This document shows, piece after piece, positions 1 through 10,868 of a stretch of 64,000 nt of DNA. The notes beneath the pieces are model-generated. The model had not been told where the DNA came from, did no database searches, and saw only the letters and a program-made list of their open reading frames with translations. Source of the DNA: Campylobacter sp. (GTDB lineage Bacteria; Campylobacterota; Campylobacteria; Campylobacterales; Campylobacteraceae); contig JAFLRU010000001.1 of NCBI GenBank assembly GCA_022511325.1, positions 8 to 64,007 of the forward strand. Reading direction: 5' to 3'. The position numbers were made by a program, and so were the translations under genes. Positions within the stretch are counted from its first letter, which is position 1, and each line of letters opens with the position of its first letter.

Positions 1-27
1 TTATAACAAAATTAAGTCTATAATTAG

Positions 28-1551
28 TTAATCTTTAAGTAAAGTTTTAGCAAATTCTAAAGCTTCATCACTTACAAGCTCCCCACTTACCATTCTTGCA
101 AGTTCTTTAATACGCTCTTTTGTTTCCAATCTTCTAACAATACTTTGCTCTTGTGTTTTTTCAACCAAGAAATGATTGTGAGCCTTAGAAGAAAGTTGCG
201 GCAAATGCGAAATAGCAAAAATTTGATAAAAATTTGAAAGCTCACTTAAAATCTTTGCTATGCTCATCGCTTCTTTTCCACTTAAATTTGCATCAATTTC
301 ATCAAGAAAAATTATGCCTTTTCCCGAATTTAAAATTTTACATTCTGTTGCAATAAAAGCAAGTCTTAAACGATTAAGTTCTCCTGAACTTAAATTCTTT
401 AAATGTGTATTTTCAATGCTAAGTTTTAATTCATCTTTGCCAAGTATTGAAATTTTTTCATTTTCTTCTAACTGAAGTTTTGCATCTTTCATATAAAGGT
501 TTTTTAAATAATCATTGAGTAAATTTTGCAAAATTTGTAAATTTTTCTTTCTTGTTTGGCTTAAAATTTTAGCCTTTTGTTTTAAGCTTTGTTCTAAATC
601 TTGCACCTTTTTTTCAAGATTTTTTTTCTCAAAACTCAAATTTTCATAATGAGCAAGTTCTTTTTTCTTTTGTTCTAAAACTTCCAAAGCCTTTTCTATG
701 CTTTCATAACGTTTAATAAGATAGGATAAATTCTCAATTCTATCAAGCATTTTTTCAACATCAAACTCAAGTTCATCGAGTTTTTGACTTTGAGCAATCA
801 CTCTTAATTCATTCAAACATTCTGAAAAAAAACTAGAATCAACCTCACTTAAATTTAAAGCATTTATCACTGCACCTTCAAGCTCAAAAATCACTTCTGC
901 TTTGCCCCACGCTTGCTCGAGTTTATCTTTTTTAGAAAGCTTTTTTTTAAGGTTTAAAAGCTCTTCATATTCACCAATTTTAGGGTTGATTGAAGAAATT
1001 TTTTCAATCTGAGAATTTGCAAGTTCTTTAAGTTCCTCCACCCTTTTTTCTTCTTCTAAAATTCTTCTTAACTCCTCATAGTTTTCACTAAATTCTTTAA
1101 AATTTTTTTCAAATTCGCTTTTAAATTCATTAAAATTAGCATTTTTTTGAAGCTCTAAAGCATCTAAAAGCATTAAAAATTTTTCATTGCTAAATTCATT
1201 ATTTTCTTTAGAACCCAAGTATTTAATGAAATTTTTACTTACAATTTGCAAACTTTTTTTACTAATGCTTTGATTATTAATAAAATATTTTGTATTTTTT
1301 TCTTTTAAAACCTTAAAAATATTTTCCTCTTCACTTTCTATACCAAAGCTTTCTAAATCAAGTTTATCATCAAGCTCTATTTCAACGAATTTTGCTTCAC
1401 TTTCACTTAAAGCAAAAGCAGATAACACAGCTTTAAAAAGTATGGATTTTCCAGCACCGCTTAAGCCTGTAAAAACGACAAGTCCGGGTTTGATATGAAG
1501 TTCGCTGTGTTTAAAACCTAAATTTTCCTTAATTAAAATTCTTTGAATCAT
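28..1551 (-). CDS. recN: DNA repair protein RecN
   Basis: Walker [10 protein letters not shown], long coiled coil, LSSGE signature, LDEID Walker B, ISHLPQ motif; follows nadK. Confidence 0.93.
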   Translation of the reverse strand: MIQRILIKENLGFKHSELHIKPGLVVFTGLSGAGKSILFKAVLSAFALSESEAKFVEIELDDKLDLESFGIESEEENIFKVLKEKNTKYFINNQSISKKSLQIVSKNFIKYLGSKENNEFSNEKFLMLLDALELQKNANFNEFKSEFEKNFKEFSENYEELRRILEEEKRVEELKELANSQIEKISSINPKIGEYEELLNLKKKLSKKDKLEQAWGKAEVIFELEGAVINALNLSEVDSSFFSECLNELRVIAQSQKLDELEFDVEKMLDRIENLSYLIKRYESIEKALEVLEQKKKELAHYENLSFEKKNLEKKVQDLEQSLKQKAKILSQTRKKNLQILQNLLNDYLKNLYMKDAKLQLEENEKISILGKDELKLSIENTHLKNLSSGELNRLRLAFIATECKILNSGKGIIFLDEIDANLSGKEAMSIAKILSELSNFYQIFAISHLPQLSSKAHNHFLVEKTQEQSIVRRLETKERIKELARMVSGELVSDEALEFAKTLLKD

Positions 1552-2412
1552 TTAGTTTCCCCAGCTTAGTTTTTCTTTTAAAATCTGAAAATAATCTCTG
1601 TTTTTAGAGTGAATTAAAGCCACGCTTTTATCGCTCAAAGCAACTTTTATGCTTTTAAAATCATCACTATTAAAATTTTCTTGTCCATCTATACAAAAAA
1701 TACACTCACTTGCTCTAACCTCAAGTTCAAAACCTCGTGGTAAAACAATAGGTCTTTGAGTCAAAGAATGCGAACAAACCGGAGTTAAGATAAAAACCTC
1801 TGCCAAAGTATAAACTATAGGTCCATTTGCACTCAAATTATAAGCAGTAGAACCCGCAGGAGAGGAAATAATAAGCCCATCACCAAGATATTGATTAAAA
1901 ATTTTATTATTGCGATACACTTCTATATGAGCCATTGGTTTAAAATGTTCTCTATAAAAAACTATATCATTAAAAGCATTTTTACGAATGATTTTATTTC
2001 CCTTGGTTTCTAAGATAAGTTCAAGCATAAAAGGTCTTTCTATTCTAAATTTTCCACAAAAAAATTCATCAAAAAAATTTTCTGCGTTTTCAACCTTAAA
2101 ATCGGTTAAAAAACCAAGTCTTCCTGCATTAATGCCTAAAAGTGCCTTATTATACTCATAAGCTTTTCTACAAAGTGAAATCAAAGTTCCATCCCCTCCT
2201 AAAGAAATCACAAAATCACTTTGTTTAAAAAGCTCATCTAAGTCATAATTTTTAAGCTTTAAAGTCTTAGAACTCTCTTTTAAAAGTAAAAGTTCAATGC
2301 CTCTTGGCTCTAAACTTTCTTTTAATTTCAAAATTTCCAAGTCCAAATCCGAATTTGGTCTGGTTACAAGCCCGATTTTTCTTATGTTTTTATAGTCTAA
2401 TTTATTTTGCAT
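1552..2412 (-). CDS. nadK: NAD(+) kinase
   Basis: GGDGT, GINAGRLGFL and GSTAYNLSANGP motifs. Confidence 0.96.
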   Translation of the reverse strand: MQNKLDYKNIRKIGLVTRPNSDLDLEILKLKESLEPRGIELLLLKESSKTLKLKNYDLDELFKQSDFVISLGGDGTLISLCRKAYEYNKALLGINAGRLGFLTDFKVENAENFFDEFFCGKFRIERPFMLELILETKGNKIIRKNAFNDIVFYREHFKPMAHIEVYRNNKIFNQYLGDGLIISSPAGSTAYNLSANGPIVYTLAEVFILTPVCSHSLTQRPIVLPRGFELEVRASECIFCIDGQENFNSDDFKSIKVALSDKSVALIHSKNRDYFQILKEKLSWGN

Positions 2413-2417
2413 AAAAA

Positions 2418-2426
2418 ATTATAGCA
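2418..2426 (-). promoter_or_regulatory. Extended -10 promoter (TGCTATAAT) of nadK-recN, probably giving a leaderless mRNA
   Basis: Minus strand reads TGCTATAAT-TTTTT-ATG, with no room for a Shine-Dalgarno sequence. Confidence 0.65.
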
Positions 2427-2499
2427 AATCTTAGCTAAGTAAAAGAATAAAGAAGCTACAATTTTATGTAAATTATTTTTCTAAAAAGAAGGAAAAACA

Positions 2500-4251
2500 T
2501 TGAGGAGTCATTATAATACGGACTTAAATCTTAGCAATGTTGGGCAAATTGTAAAACTTTGTGGTTGGGTTAATAATTACCGCGACCATGGAGGAGTGAT
2601 TTTCATTGATTTAAGAGATAGAAGTGGGATTATTCAATTAGTATGTGATCCCCAAGATAACCAAAAAGCCCACGAAATCGCTTCTAAAGTAAGGAGCGAA
2701 TTTGTTTTAATCGTTGAAGGTAAAATTCGTCCTCGCGGAGAAGGGCTTAGTAATCCTAAATTAAAAACTGGTGAAATCGAAGTTGTAGTTTCAAATTTAA
2801 TCATAGAAAACGAAAGTGCGGTGCCACCTTTTAGCATAGGCGATGAAAATGTCAATGAGGAGCTTCGTTTAAAATATCGCTTTTTGGATTTAAGAAATCC
2901 TAGACTTTACGAAAATTTCGCATTGCGTTCTAAGGCTTGTATCGCAGCAAGAACCTCTCTTGCAAATATGGGTTTTCTAGAAGTAGAAACACCGATTCTT
3001 ACAAAGGCAACTCCTGAGGGTGCAAGGGATTATCTCGTGCCTTCACGTGTGCATACGGGTGAGTTTTATGCCCTTCCACAAAGCCCACAACTTTTTAAAC
3101 AACTTTTAATGTGTGCAGGTTTTGAAAGATATTTTCAAATCGCAAAATGCTTTAGAGATGAGGATTTAAGAGCTGATAGACAACCTGAATTCACACAAAT
3201 TGATGTTGAAATGAGTTTTTGCGAACAAAAAGATGTGATTGAAGTAGCAGAAACTTTCTTAAAAGATATTTTTAAAGCTTGTGGTAAAGAAATTCAAACC
3301 CCTTTGCGTCAAATGTCTTATAAAGAAGCTACCGAAAATTACGGCTCGGACAAACCGGATTTAAGGTTTGATTTAAAATTAATTGATGTGATAGATATTT
3401 TTGCAAAAAGTAATAACGAAATTTTTGCAAATATCGCTAAAGACCCTAAAAAAAATCGTATTAAGGCTTTAAGAGTTCCAAAAGGCGATACTATATTTTC
3501 TAAAAGACAAATGCAAAGATTTGAAGAATTTGTGCGTCAATTTGGAGCAGCTGGACTTGCATTTATACAAGTTAAAGAAGAAGGACTTAAAGGTCCGCTT
3601 TGTAAATTTTTTAACGAAAATGATTTAAATGAACTTGCTTTAAGATGTGGTTTAGAACTTGGAGATGTTGTATTTTTTGGGGCCGGAGTGAAAAAAGTCG
3701 TGCTTGATTATATGGGAAGGTTTAGAATCTTCTTAGCTGGAGAGCTTAATCTTATTAACCCTGATGCTTTAGAATTTGTCTGGGTTGTAGATTTTCCAAT
3801 GTTTGAACAAAATGATGATGGAAGCTATTCGGCAATGCACCACCCTTTTACTATGCCAAAAAATATTGATGAAAAAGAACTTGAAGATATTAGTTCTATT
3901 GCTTACGATGTTGTTTTAAATGGTGTAGAATTAGGAGGTGGGAGTATAAGAATTCATAAAAATGAAATTCAACAAAAAGTCTTTAAGCTTTTAGATATTG
4001 ATGAAAAAGAACAAAAAGAAAAATTTGGCTTTTTACTCGACGCATTAAGTTTTGGAGCACCTCCACACGGAGGTATTGCTATAGGACTTGATAGACTTAT
4101 AATGCTTCTAAGCAAAGCAAATAGTATAAGAGAAGTTATAGCCTTTCCAAAAACTCAAAGAGCACAATGTCTAATGACTGATGCACCTTCAAAGCCGAGT
4201 AATGAGGCTTTAAGAGAACTTGGAATCAAATTAAGGGAGAATACAAAATGA
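2500..4251 (+). CDS. aspS: Aspartate--tRNA ligase
   Basis: [55 protein letters not shown]; TTG start with AAGGA RBS. Confidence 0.98.
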   Translation: MRSHYNTDLNLSNVGQIVKLCGWVNNYRDHGGVIFIDLRDRSGIIQLVCDPQDNQKAHEIASKVRSEFVLIVEGKIRPRGEGLSNPKLKTGEIEVVVSNLIIENESAVPPFSIGDENVNEELRLKYRFLDLRNPRLYENFALRSKACIAARTSLANMGFLEVETPILTKATPEGARDYLVPSRVHTGEFYALPQSPQLFKQLLMCAGFERYFQIAKCFRDEDLRADRQPEFTQIDVEMSFCEQKDVIEVAETFLKDIFKACGKEIQTPLRQMSYKEATENYGSDKPDLRFDLKLIDVIDIFAKSNNEIFANIAKDPKKNRIKALRVPKGDTIFSKRQMQRFEEFVRQFGAAGLAFIQVKEEGLKGPLCKFFNENDLNELALRCGLELGDVVFFGAGVKKVVLDYMGRFRIFLAGELNLINPDALEFVWVVDFPMFEQNDDGSYSAMHHPFTMPKNIDEKELEDISSIAYDVVLNGVELGGGSIRIHKNEIQQKVFKLLDIDEKEQKEKFGFLLDALSFGAPPHGGIAIGLDRLIMLLSKANSIREVIAFPKTQRAQCLMTDAPSKPSNEALRELGIKLRENTK

Positions 4252-4823
4252 AAGAATTGTTTTTAATTATAGGTGCTCCGGGTAGTGGAAAAACCACTGA
4301 TGCGAGTTTGATTGCAAAAGCAGATGAAAATATATCACACTACTCAACCGGAGACTTGCTAAGAGAAGAAGTTGCAAGCAAAAGTGAATTAGGACAAAAG
4401 ATTGATAGTTTCATTTCTAAGGGAAATTTAGTTCCTATAGATATAGTTATTCATACCATTGTTTCAGCACTTAAAAATGCCAAAACAAAAACTATCATCA
4501 TTGATGGCTATCCAAGAAGTGTGGAACAAATGGTTGAATTTGATAAAATTTTAACTCATCAAAGCGAAGTTATACTTAAAGGAGTTTTTGAAATTCGCGT
4601 GAGTGAAGAAGTAGCCAAAGAAAGAATTTTAGGTAGGTCTAGAGGTGCTGACGATAATGAAGAAGTGTTTTATAACAGAATGAAAGTCTATCTTGAACCC
4701 TTAGATGAAATTTTAGATTTTTATCAAAAGAAAAAACTTCATTTTATCATAGACGGCGAAAGAGCTATAGAACCAATCGTGCAAGATATAAAAGATTTGA
4801 TTAAAAAAATTCAAAATTTATAA
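4248..4823 (+). CDS. adk: Adenylate kinase (short LID type)
   Basis: [10 protein letters not shown]-loop, STGDLLR, IDGYPR. Confidence 0.96.
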   Translation: MKELFLIIGAPGSGKTTDASLIAKADENISHYSTGDLLREEVASKSELGQKIDSFISKGNLVPIDIVIHTIVSALKNAKTKTIIIDGYPRSVEQMVEFDKILTHQSEVILKGVFEIRVSEEVAKERILGRSRGADDNEEVFYNRMKVYLEPLDEILDFYQKKKLHFIIDGERAIEPIVQDIKDLIKKIQNL

Positions 4824-4835
4824 AAAGGAGAAAAG

Positions 4836-5354
4836 ATGAATGTATCAAAGATAAAAATCGGGGAAATTCCTGATAAAATCAACGCAGTGATTGAAATTCC
4901 TTACGGCTCAAATGTCAAATATGAGCTTGATAAAGAAAGTGGTGCAGTTTTTGTTAATCGCATTGTTGCAAGTGCGATGTTTTATCCTGCAAATTATGGT
5001 TTTATACCAAATACCTTAGGACAAGATGGCGACCCTGTAGATATTTTGGTTTTAACCGAATATCCTGTTATGCCAAATGCTGTGTTTCCTTGTCGTTTAA
5101 TAGGGGTTTTAGTTATGGAAGATGAAAGCGGAATGGATGAAAAACTCTTAGCTGTGCCTCATTCTAAAATCGATGCAAGATTTGATAACATAAAAAGCTA
5201 CACTGATTTACCTCAAGCGACTTTAAACAGAATTAAAAATTTCTTTGAAACCTACAAAATGCTTGAACCGGGAAAATGGGTTAAAGTGCAAGATTTTAAA
5301 GATAAAAATGCCGCGATAGAAATTTTAGAAAAAGCCATTAAAAATTATAAATGA
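4836..5354 (+). CDS. ppa: Family I inorganic pyrophosphatase
   Basis: KYELDK, YPANYG, DGDPVD, DESGMDEK, FFETYK. Confidence 0.97.
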   Translation: MNVSKIKIGEIPDKINAVIEIPYGSNVKYELDKESGAVFVNRIVASAMFYPANYGFIPNTLGQDGDPVDILVLTEYPVMPNAVFPCRLIGVLVMEDESGMDEKLLAVPHSKIDARFDNIKSYTDLPQATLNRIKNFFETYKMLEPGKWVKVQDFKDKNAAIEILEKAIKNYK

Positions 5355-5384
5355 TTTAAACAGCTCTTTTTAGGGCTGTTTAAA
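5355..5384 (+). terminator. Intrinsic terminator of aspS-adk-ppa
   Basis: Inverted repeat TTTAAACAGC...GCTGTTTAAA immediately after the ppa stop. Confidence 0.7.
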
Positions 5385-5506
5385 GTACTTTTGAGCAAAT
5401 TCTAAAATTCCTTAAATAAAGAAAAATCATTATATTTCCCCTACCCCTCATAAATTTTGGTTTAAAAATTTATTTTATACTTATTTTTATTTTAAGGAAA
5501 ATTTCA

Positions 5507-6055
5507 ATGAAAAGAATTTTATTAGGAGTGATTTTAATGCTAAGTGTAGCAAGTGCAGAAGAAAAAAGTATCATTTTAGGTGGGGGTTGTTTTTGGTGCG
5601 TTGAAGCGATTTTTGAAAATGTCAAAGGAGTAAGCCATACTGAAGTAGGATACAGCGGAGGTAAGGATAATCCAAGCTATGAAAGCGTTTGCAATGGAGA
5701 TGGTAATATAGAAGTTACTAAAATCATCTTTGATGATAAGAAAATTTCTTTGGAAAAAATTTTAGAAATCTTTTTTAAAATGCACGATCCTACTAGCTTA
5801 GATAAACAAGGAGCTGACGAGGGTGTGCAGTATCGTTCAGCAATTTTTTACGAAAACGAAAAAGATAAAAAAATCATAGAAAATTTTTTCAAAAAAGAGC
5901 AAGAAAACTATGCTTTACCTATCGTTACAAAGCTTTATAAGCTTGAAAAATACTACAAAGCAGAGGATTATCATCAGCATTATTTTAAGAAAAACCCTAA
6001 TCAATCTTATTGTCGCTTTGTGATTGCTCCTAAGCTTAAAAAACTTGAACAATAA
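5507..6055 (+). CDS. msrA: Peptide-methionine (S)-S-oxide reductase MsrA with N-terminal signal peptide
   Basis: GGGCFWC catalytic motif, [16 protein letters not shown]; N-terminus [17 protein letters not shown]; AAGGA RBS. Confidence 0.95.
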   Translation: MKRILLGVILMLSVASAEEKSIILGGGCFWCVEAIFENVKGVSHTEVGYSGGKDNPSYESVCNGDGNIEVTKIIFDDKKISLEKILEIFFKMHDPTSLDKQGADEGVQYRSAIFYENEKDKKIIENFFKKEQENYALPIVTKLYKLEKYYKAEDYHQHYFKKNPNQSYCRFVIAPKLKKLEQ

Positions 6056-6171
6056 TTTAAGAAAATTTTTAAATTTTAAATTTTAATGAATATTAAGCTT
6101 TTTTAAGCTTATAAATTTTCTTTTTAGAAAGAATAAAGCTATTCATTTAAGTTAAAAAATTTTTAGGGTTT

Positions 6172-6201
6172 ATTCACAGCCTTTTCACGCTGTGAATTTT
6201 T
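6172..6201 (+). terminator. Probable msrA terminator hairpin
   Basis: ATTCACAGC-8 nt loop-GCTGTGAAT followed by TTTT. Confidence 0.55.
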
Positions 6202-6370
6202 AATCAAAATACCTAAAAATAGTACTTTAAGTTTTAAATCTTTGCAAAAAATATTTATTAATTTTTAAGCTTTTTTATGAATTTGCTTTGCGGTGTGAAA
6301 AAAGGTTTATTGGCTAAAAAATCAAGTTTATTTTAAGAGATAAATTAAGTTATTTTTTAAGATTTTAAAG

Positions 6371-6394
6371 TGTTAATTTAAGCTTAAATTAACA
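6371..6394. repeat. Perfect 24-bp palindrome
   Basis: TGTTAATTTAAGCTTAAATTAACA equals its own reverse complement. Confidence 0.9.
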
Positions 6395-6448
6395 AAAATA
6401 CTTGAATTTTAACGGATTAAACAAAGCTAACAAAATGAAAATAAGGTG

Positions 6449-6479
6449 AAAAAAGTTAAACCCACTTTCGTGGGTTTAA
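6449..6479 (-). terminator. Intrinsic terminator of the ilvC-dprA-ruvX-methyltransferase operon
   Basis: Minus strand TTAAACCCAC-GAAA-GTGGGTTTAA-CTTTTTT: 10-bp stem, GNRA loop, U tract. Confidence 0.8.
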
Positions 6480-6537
6480 TAACGCAATATTTTTAAAAGT
6501 TTCATATTCTATATCGGCATTATTTTCAAAACTTTAA

Positions 6538-7416
6538 TCAAATTTTGCGAAATTTTGCTATAAAAAATCCATCATTGATTTCATTAGGTAAAATGCGTTT
6601 GCTTTTTTTAAGCTCTTCATAATTTTTACTAAATCCATCTTTTGCACTCACACCCTCTAAATCAAGCTCCAAAAGTTCAAGTTGAAATTCGCTTCTTAAA
6701 GCGTTTTCTATAACCTCTTCGTTTTCTTCCTTTAAAAAGGTGCAAGTGCTATACACAAGCTCTCCTCCACATTTTAAAGCCTTTAAGGCAGAATGTAAAA
6801 GCTTTTTTTGAGTTTTGGCGAGTTCTTTAAATTCTTTAGCACTTCTTTGAAGCTTAAAACCCTCTTTAGCCAAAGTCGAACAAGGAGCATCAAGTAAAAT
6901 TCTATCAAATTTCAAAGGACAAAGCCTACCTATACTTTTGGCATCTTTTAAAAAACAACGAGCAATTTTCACTCCGTAATTTTTAAGATTTTTTTGCAAG
7001 ATAAAAAATCTATCTTTGCTTGCTTCCACACAGGCTAACTCTCCCCTATTTTGCATAAAATTTGCTAAATTAATGCTTTTTCCACCCGGTGCAGCACACA
7101 TATCCAAAACCTTAGCTCCTGTAAAAACCCCTAAATTCTTTGCACAAAGATAAGAAGAATAATTTTGAATATAAAATAAAGCTTCATTAAAAGCTTTCAT
7201 TTGAGTAAGCTTAGCTTTGTAATTTGCGGCAAAGATATAACAAAAATCGTTGATTTTTTCAAATTCTAAATTTAAGGTTAAGAATTCATTTTCAAGCTCT
7301 TTAGCTGTGGTTTTTAATGTATTTAAGAAAACACAGACTTTTTTGGGAATTTTAAAAGAATGATAAATTTGTTCAAGTTCAGCTTCATCATAAATTTGTT
7401 CTAAATCAAAGGGCAA
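6538..7416 (-). CDS. RsmB/RsmF (NOL1/NOP2/Sun) family RNA m5C methyltransferase
   Basis: [29 protein letters not shown] and DGFFIA motifs. Confidence 0.93.
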   Translation of the reverse strand: MPFDLEQIYDEAELEQIYHSFKIPKKVCVFLNTLKTTAKELENEFLTLNLEFEKINDFCYIFAANYKAKLTQMKAFNEALFYIQNYSSYLCAKNLGVFTGAKVLDMCAAPGGKSINLANFMQNRGELACVEASKDRFFILQKNLKNYGVKIARCFLKDAKSIGRLCPLKFDRILLDAPCSTLAKEGFKLQRSAKEFKELAKTQKKLLHSALKALKCGGELVYSTCTFLKEENEEVIENALRSEFQLELLELDLEGVSAKDGFSKNYEELKKSKRILPNEINDGFFIAKFRKI

Positions 7417-7789
7417 AATAATCCTTTATCATTATTAAAGCTGCAAGAGAATCAAGCTTTGCGTCCTTTTTTTTAGAACGAATCACGCCAAATTTCAAAG
7501 CCTCCCTACTCGTATAACTTTCATCAACAAAAACAATTTCGCCTTCAAATTCAAGCAAGGATACAAAATGTTGAGTTCGTTTTAGCATTACATCTTCACT
7601 ACTGCCACCTTTTGGGATACCTACGATGAGTAAAGAAATTTGGTGCTGCGAAATGATTTCTTTAATTTCTTTAGCAGCTTGATTGCGATTTTTACGTATA
7701 ATTCCTTCCAAAGGTAAGGCGATTTTTTTATCCACGCAAAGTGCTAAACCTATGCGTTTTAAGCCTAAATCTAAAGCCAAAGCTTTCAC
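7406..7789 (-). CDS. ruvX: YqgF/RuvX family nuclease (DprB-like)
   Basis: [27 protein letters not shown]; adjacent to dprA. Confidence 0.93.
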   Translation of the reverse strand: MKALALDLGLKRIGLALCVDKKIALPLEGIIRKNRNQAAKEIKEIISQHQISLLIVGIPKGGSSEDVMLKRTQHFVSLLEFEGEIVFVDESYTSREALKFGVIRSKKKDAKLDSLAALIMIKDYFAL

Positions 7790-8562
7790 ACTAAAACCCT
7801 TATAAAAACGCCATTAATTTCAATCTTTCCTTCAAGTTCATACTCATAAACCTTATCTGCAAAATGTTTAAGAGCTTCATCTAAACTTACTCCTTTGGAA
7901 CAAAATTCCAAAAATTCATCTTTTTCCTCATCTTTTACTTCTGCATAATTTGAAACAAAATCTTTAAAATCAACAATCAAACCCGCTTTATTTTCTTTTA
8001 AAAGCAAATTTGTTCCCTCGCTTTCTTTTAATCTTTGAGGCAAAACATAAAGAGGTTTTTGCATTTTTAAGGCAAGTCTTGCACTTTGCATTGAACCGCT
8101 TTGTAAATCAGCTTGTGCTATAACCACTGCTTCACTCAAGGCAATAATCAAGCGATTTCTAAGCAAAAAATCATATTTTTGAGGGATATAATTTTCTTCT
8201 TGTTCGCTAAGAGCCAAACAATTTTCATAAAGTTCTTTGATAATTTTTTCATTGCTTTTAGGATAAATTTGTCCCAAACCATTTGCAAAAATTCCTATAC
8301 TAAGAGGCATAGCAGCCTTATTTGCACTAATATCTACACCCAAAGCTCCACCACTTACAACACAAACCCCAGAATTTTTCAATAAATTCGCAAGTTCTAA
8401 AACACAATTTTTAGTATAAACGCTCATTTTTCTTGAACCAATGATTGCTATTTTTCTTTTGTTTAAAAGCTCTAAATTTCCTTTATAATAAAGCTTTTTT
8501 GGACTTTTATCCAAATCTTTAAAAAATTCTAAAAAATGACTAGGGATAATTTTACTCACCAT
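7786..8562 (-). CDS. dprA: DNA-processing protein DprA
   Basis: [31 protein letters not shown]; start placed at ATG 8562. Confidence 0.95.
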   Translation of the reverse strand: MVSKIIPSHFLEFFKDLDKSPKKLYYKGNLELLNKRKIAIIGSRKMSVYTKNCVLELANLLKNSGVCVVSGGALGVDISANKAAMPLSIGIFANGLGQIYPKSNEKIIKELYENCLALSEQEENYIPQKYDFLLRNRLIIALSEAVVIAQADLQSGSMQSARLALKMQKPLYVLPQRLKESEGTNLLLKENKAGLIVDFKDFVSNYAEVKDEEKDEFLEFCSKGVSLDEALKHFADKVYEYELEGKIEINGVFIRVLV

Positions 8563-9733
8563 AAATTTCACTCAAATAAACCAGTTTAATGCTTTTAAGC
8601 AAACCTTTACTTTCTTCTAAAGCTTTGAAAGTGTTTTTTCTAGGATGTCCTATGGCAATGGCAAAACCTTTTTTACGAGCAAGATTGACAGCTTTTTGAA
8701 GCTGTTTTTTAATCTCACTAACATCATCTTTATTATCCAAGAACACATCTCTTTGTATATAAAATTCTCCAAATTCCTTAGCAACTTTTTCAACCTTAGA
8801 ATTTTCTATAGTTTTAGAATCCACAAAGACAAAACCTTTCTCCTTTAAAGCCTTATAAAGCTTTTTCATTGCCTTTTCATCACTTGTAAATAAACTTCCT
8901 GTATGATTGTTAATGTATTTTAAATTTTTAAAATCTTCTTTAACATTTGCAATTTTTTTAAAAATCCTCTCCTCACTATCACTTGGAATTAAAGTATCGA
9001 GTTCAGCTTTTTTATAATTGATTGCAGCTAAAGGCAAATGCACCATATAAAAATCAAATTTTGATGCAAGTTGAGGCGTAGTTTTATGGTTTTTATCGGG
9101 AGGAAAAAAAGAAGGAATGATTTTTAAATTTAAGGCTTTTAAGCCTTTAACTTGCTTTTCATTTGCCATATCATCAATGATAATAGCAAGTTTAGCAGGA
9201 CCTTTTTTAAAATCAATTTTTTGAGTTTTTAAAGTGCTTAACTTTTCACTTTTATTTTGGTTTAACTCTGCCAAATTTAATTCTGTTTGATTGACTTCCT
9301 TAGAAGCTAATTCTTCCAAACTTAAATTTTGTTCCAAATTTTCAAAACTTTGATTAAAATCCTTAGACAAATTATTTTCAAATGAAATTTGACTTAGACT
9401 TAAATTCTGTTCAGACTCTTTTTCTAAAGAATTTTGAGTGTAAAAATCTTTACTTAAATTCTGTTCTAAATTTTCACTTTCATTAAAATCTTTGCTTAAA
9501 ATTATATTTTCATAATAAAGTTCTTTAAAAGGGTTACTCACATTCTCATCAACTATTTTCGTAGGAGGTGAAGTAAAAAGGGATAAATTCTGCTCTCTAG
9601 CTTGATTTTGAGGAGATTTTTTTTGTGTGCTTTGATATGTATTTAAAATGACTAATACCAAAGCTACACAAAGTAAAAAAAGCACAGCAATGATTAAAAA
9701 TCGCTGCAGTTGGATTAATTTTTTTTCAGACAA
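8552..9733 (-). CDS. Membrane-anchored divergent polysaccharide deacetylase (YibQ family, Cj0633-like) with repeat-rich stalk
   Basis: N-terminal TM, low-complexity linker, then AIIIDD, HLPL, NNHTGS, FVDSKT, RDVFLD, AIGHP. Confidence 0.92.
   Translation of the reverse strand: MSEKKLIQLQRFLIIAVLFLLCVALVLVILNTYQSTQKKSPQNQAREQNLSLFTSPPTKIVDENVSNPFKELYYENIILSKDFNESENLEQNLSKDFYTQNSLEKESEQNLSLSQISFENNLSKDFNQSFENLEQNLSLEELASKEVNQTELNLAELNQNKSEKLSTLKTQKIDFKKGPAKLAIIIDDMANEKQVKGLKALNLKIIPSFFPPDKNHKTTPQLASKFDFYMVHLPLAAINYKKAELDTLIPSDSEERIFKKIANVKEDFKNLKYINNHTGSLFTSDEKAMKKLYKALKEKGFVFVDSKTIENSKVEKVAKEFGEFYIQRDVFLDNKDDVSEIKKQLQKAVNLARKKGFAIAIGHPRKNTFKALEESKGLLKSIKLVYLSEIYGE
9284..9595 (-). repeat. Intragenic degenerate repeats (EQNLS x4, LSKDF x3) encoding N-glycosylation sequons
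   Basis: Residues 47-150 of the deacetylase. Confidence 0.8.
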
Positions 9734-9735
9734 TT

Positions 9736-10785
<1,050 letters not shown>

Positions 10786-10790
10786 CTAGC

Positions 10791-10799
10791 ATTATAGCA
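10791..10799 (-). promoter_or_regulatory. Extended -10 promoter of the ilvC operon
   Basis: TGCTATAAT upstream of the AAGGAG RBS. Confidence 0.7.
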
Positions 10800-10868
10800 A
10801 AACAAAATATAAATTTCATAGTTTTTTTATAAAGTTTATGCAAGAATTTCTAAAAATTATAAAGCAAG

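Noticed and set aside
6277-6336. 19-codon ORF MNLLCGVKKGLLAKKSSLF in the msrA gap
   Set aside because: No RBS and no other support
6510-6537. Possible difH (XerH) site from TTTTCAAAACTTT
   Set aside because: The matching TTGAAAA left arm is absent
7406-8562. dprA-ruvX pairing as a new competence module
   Set aside because: Already known as dprA-dprB in Campylobacterota
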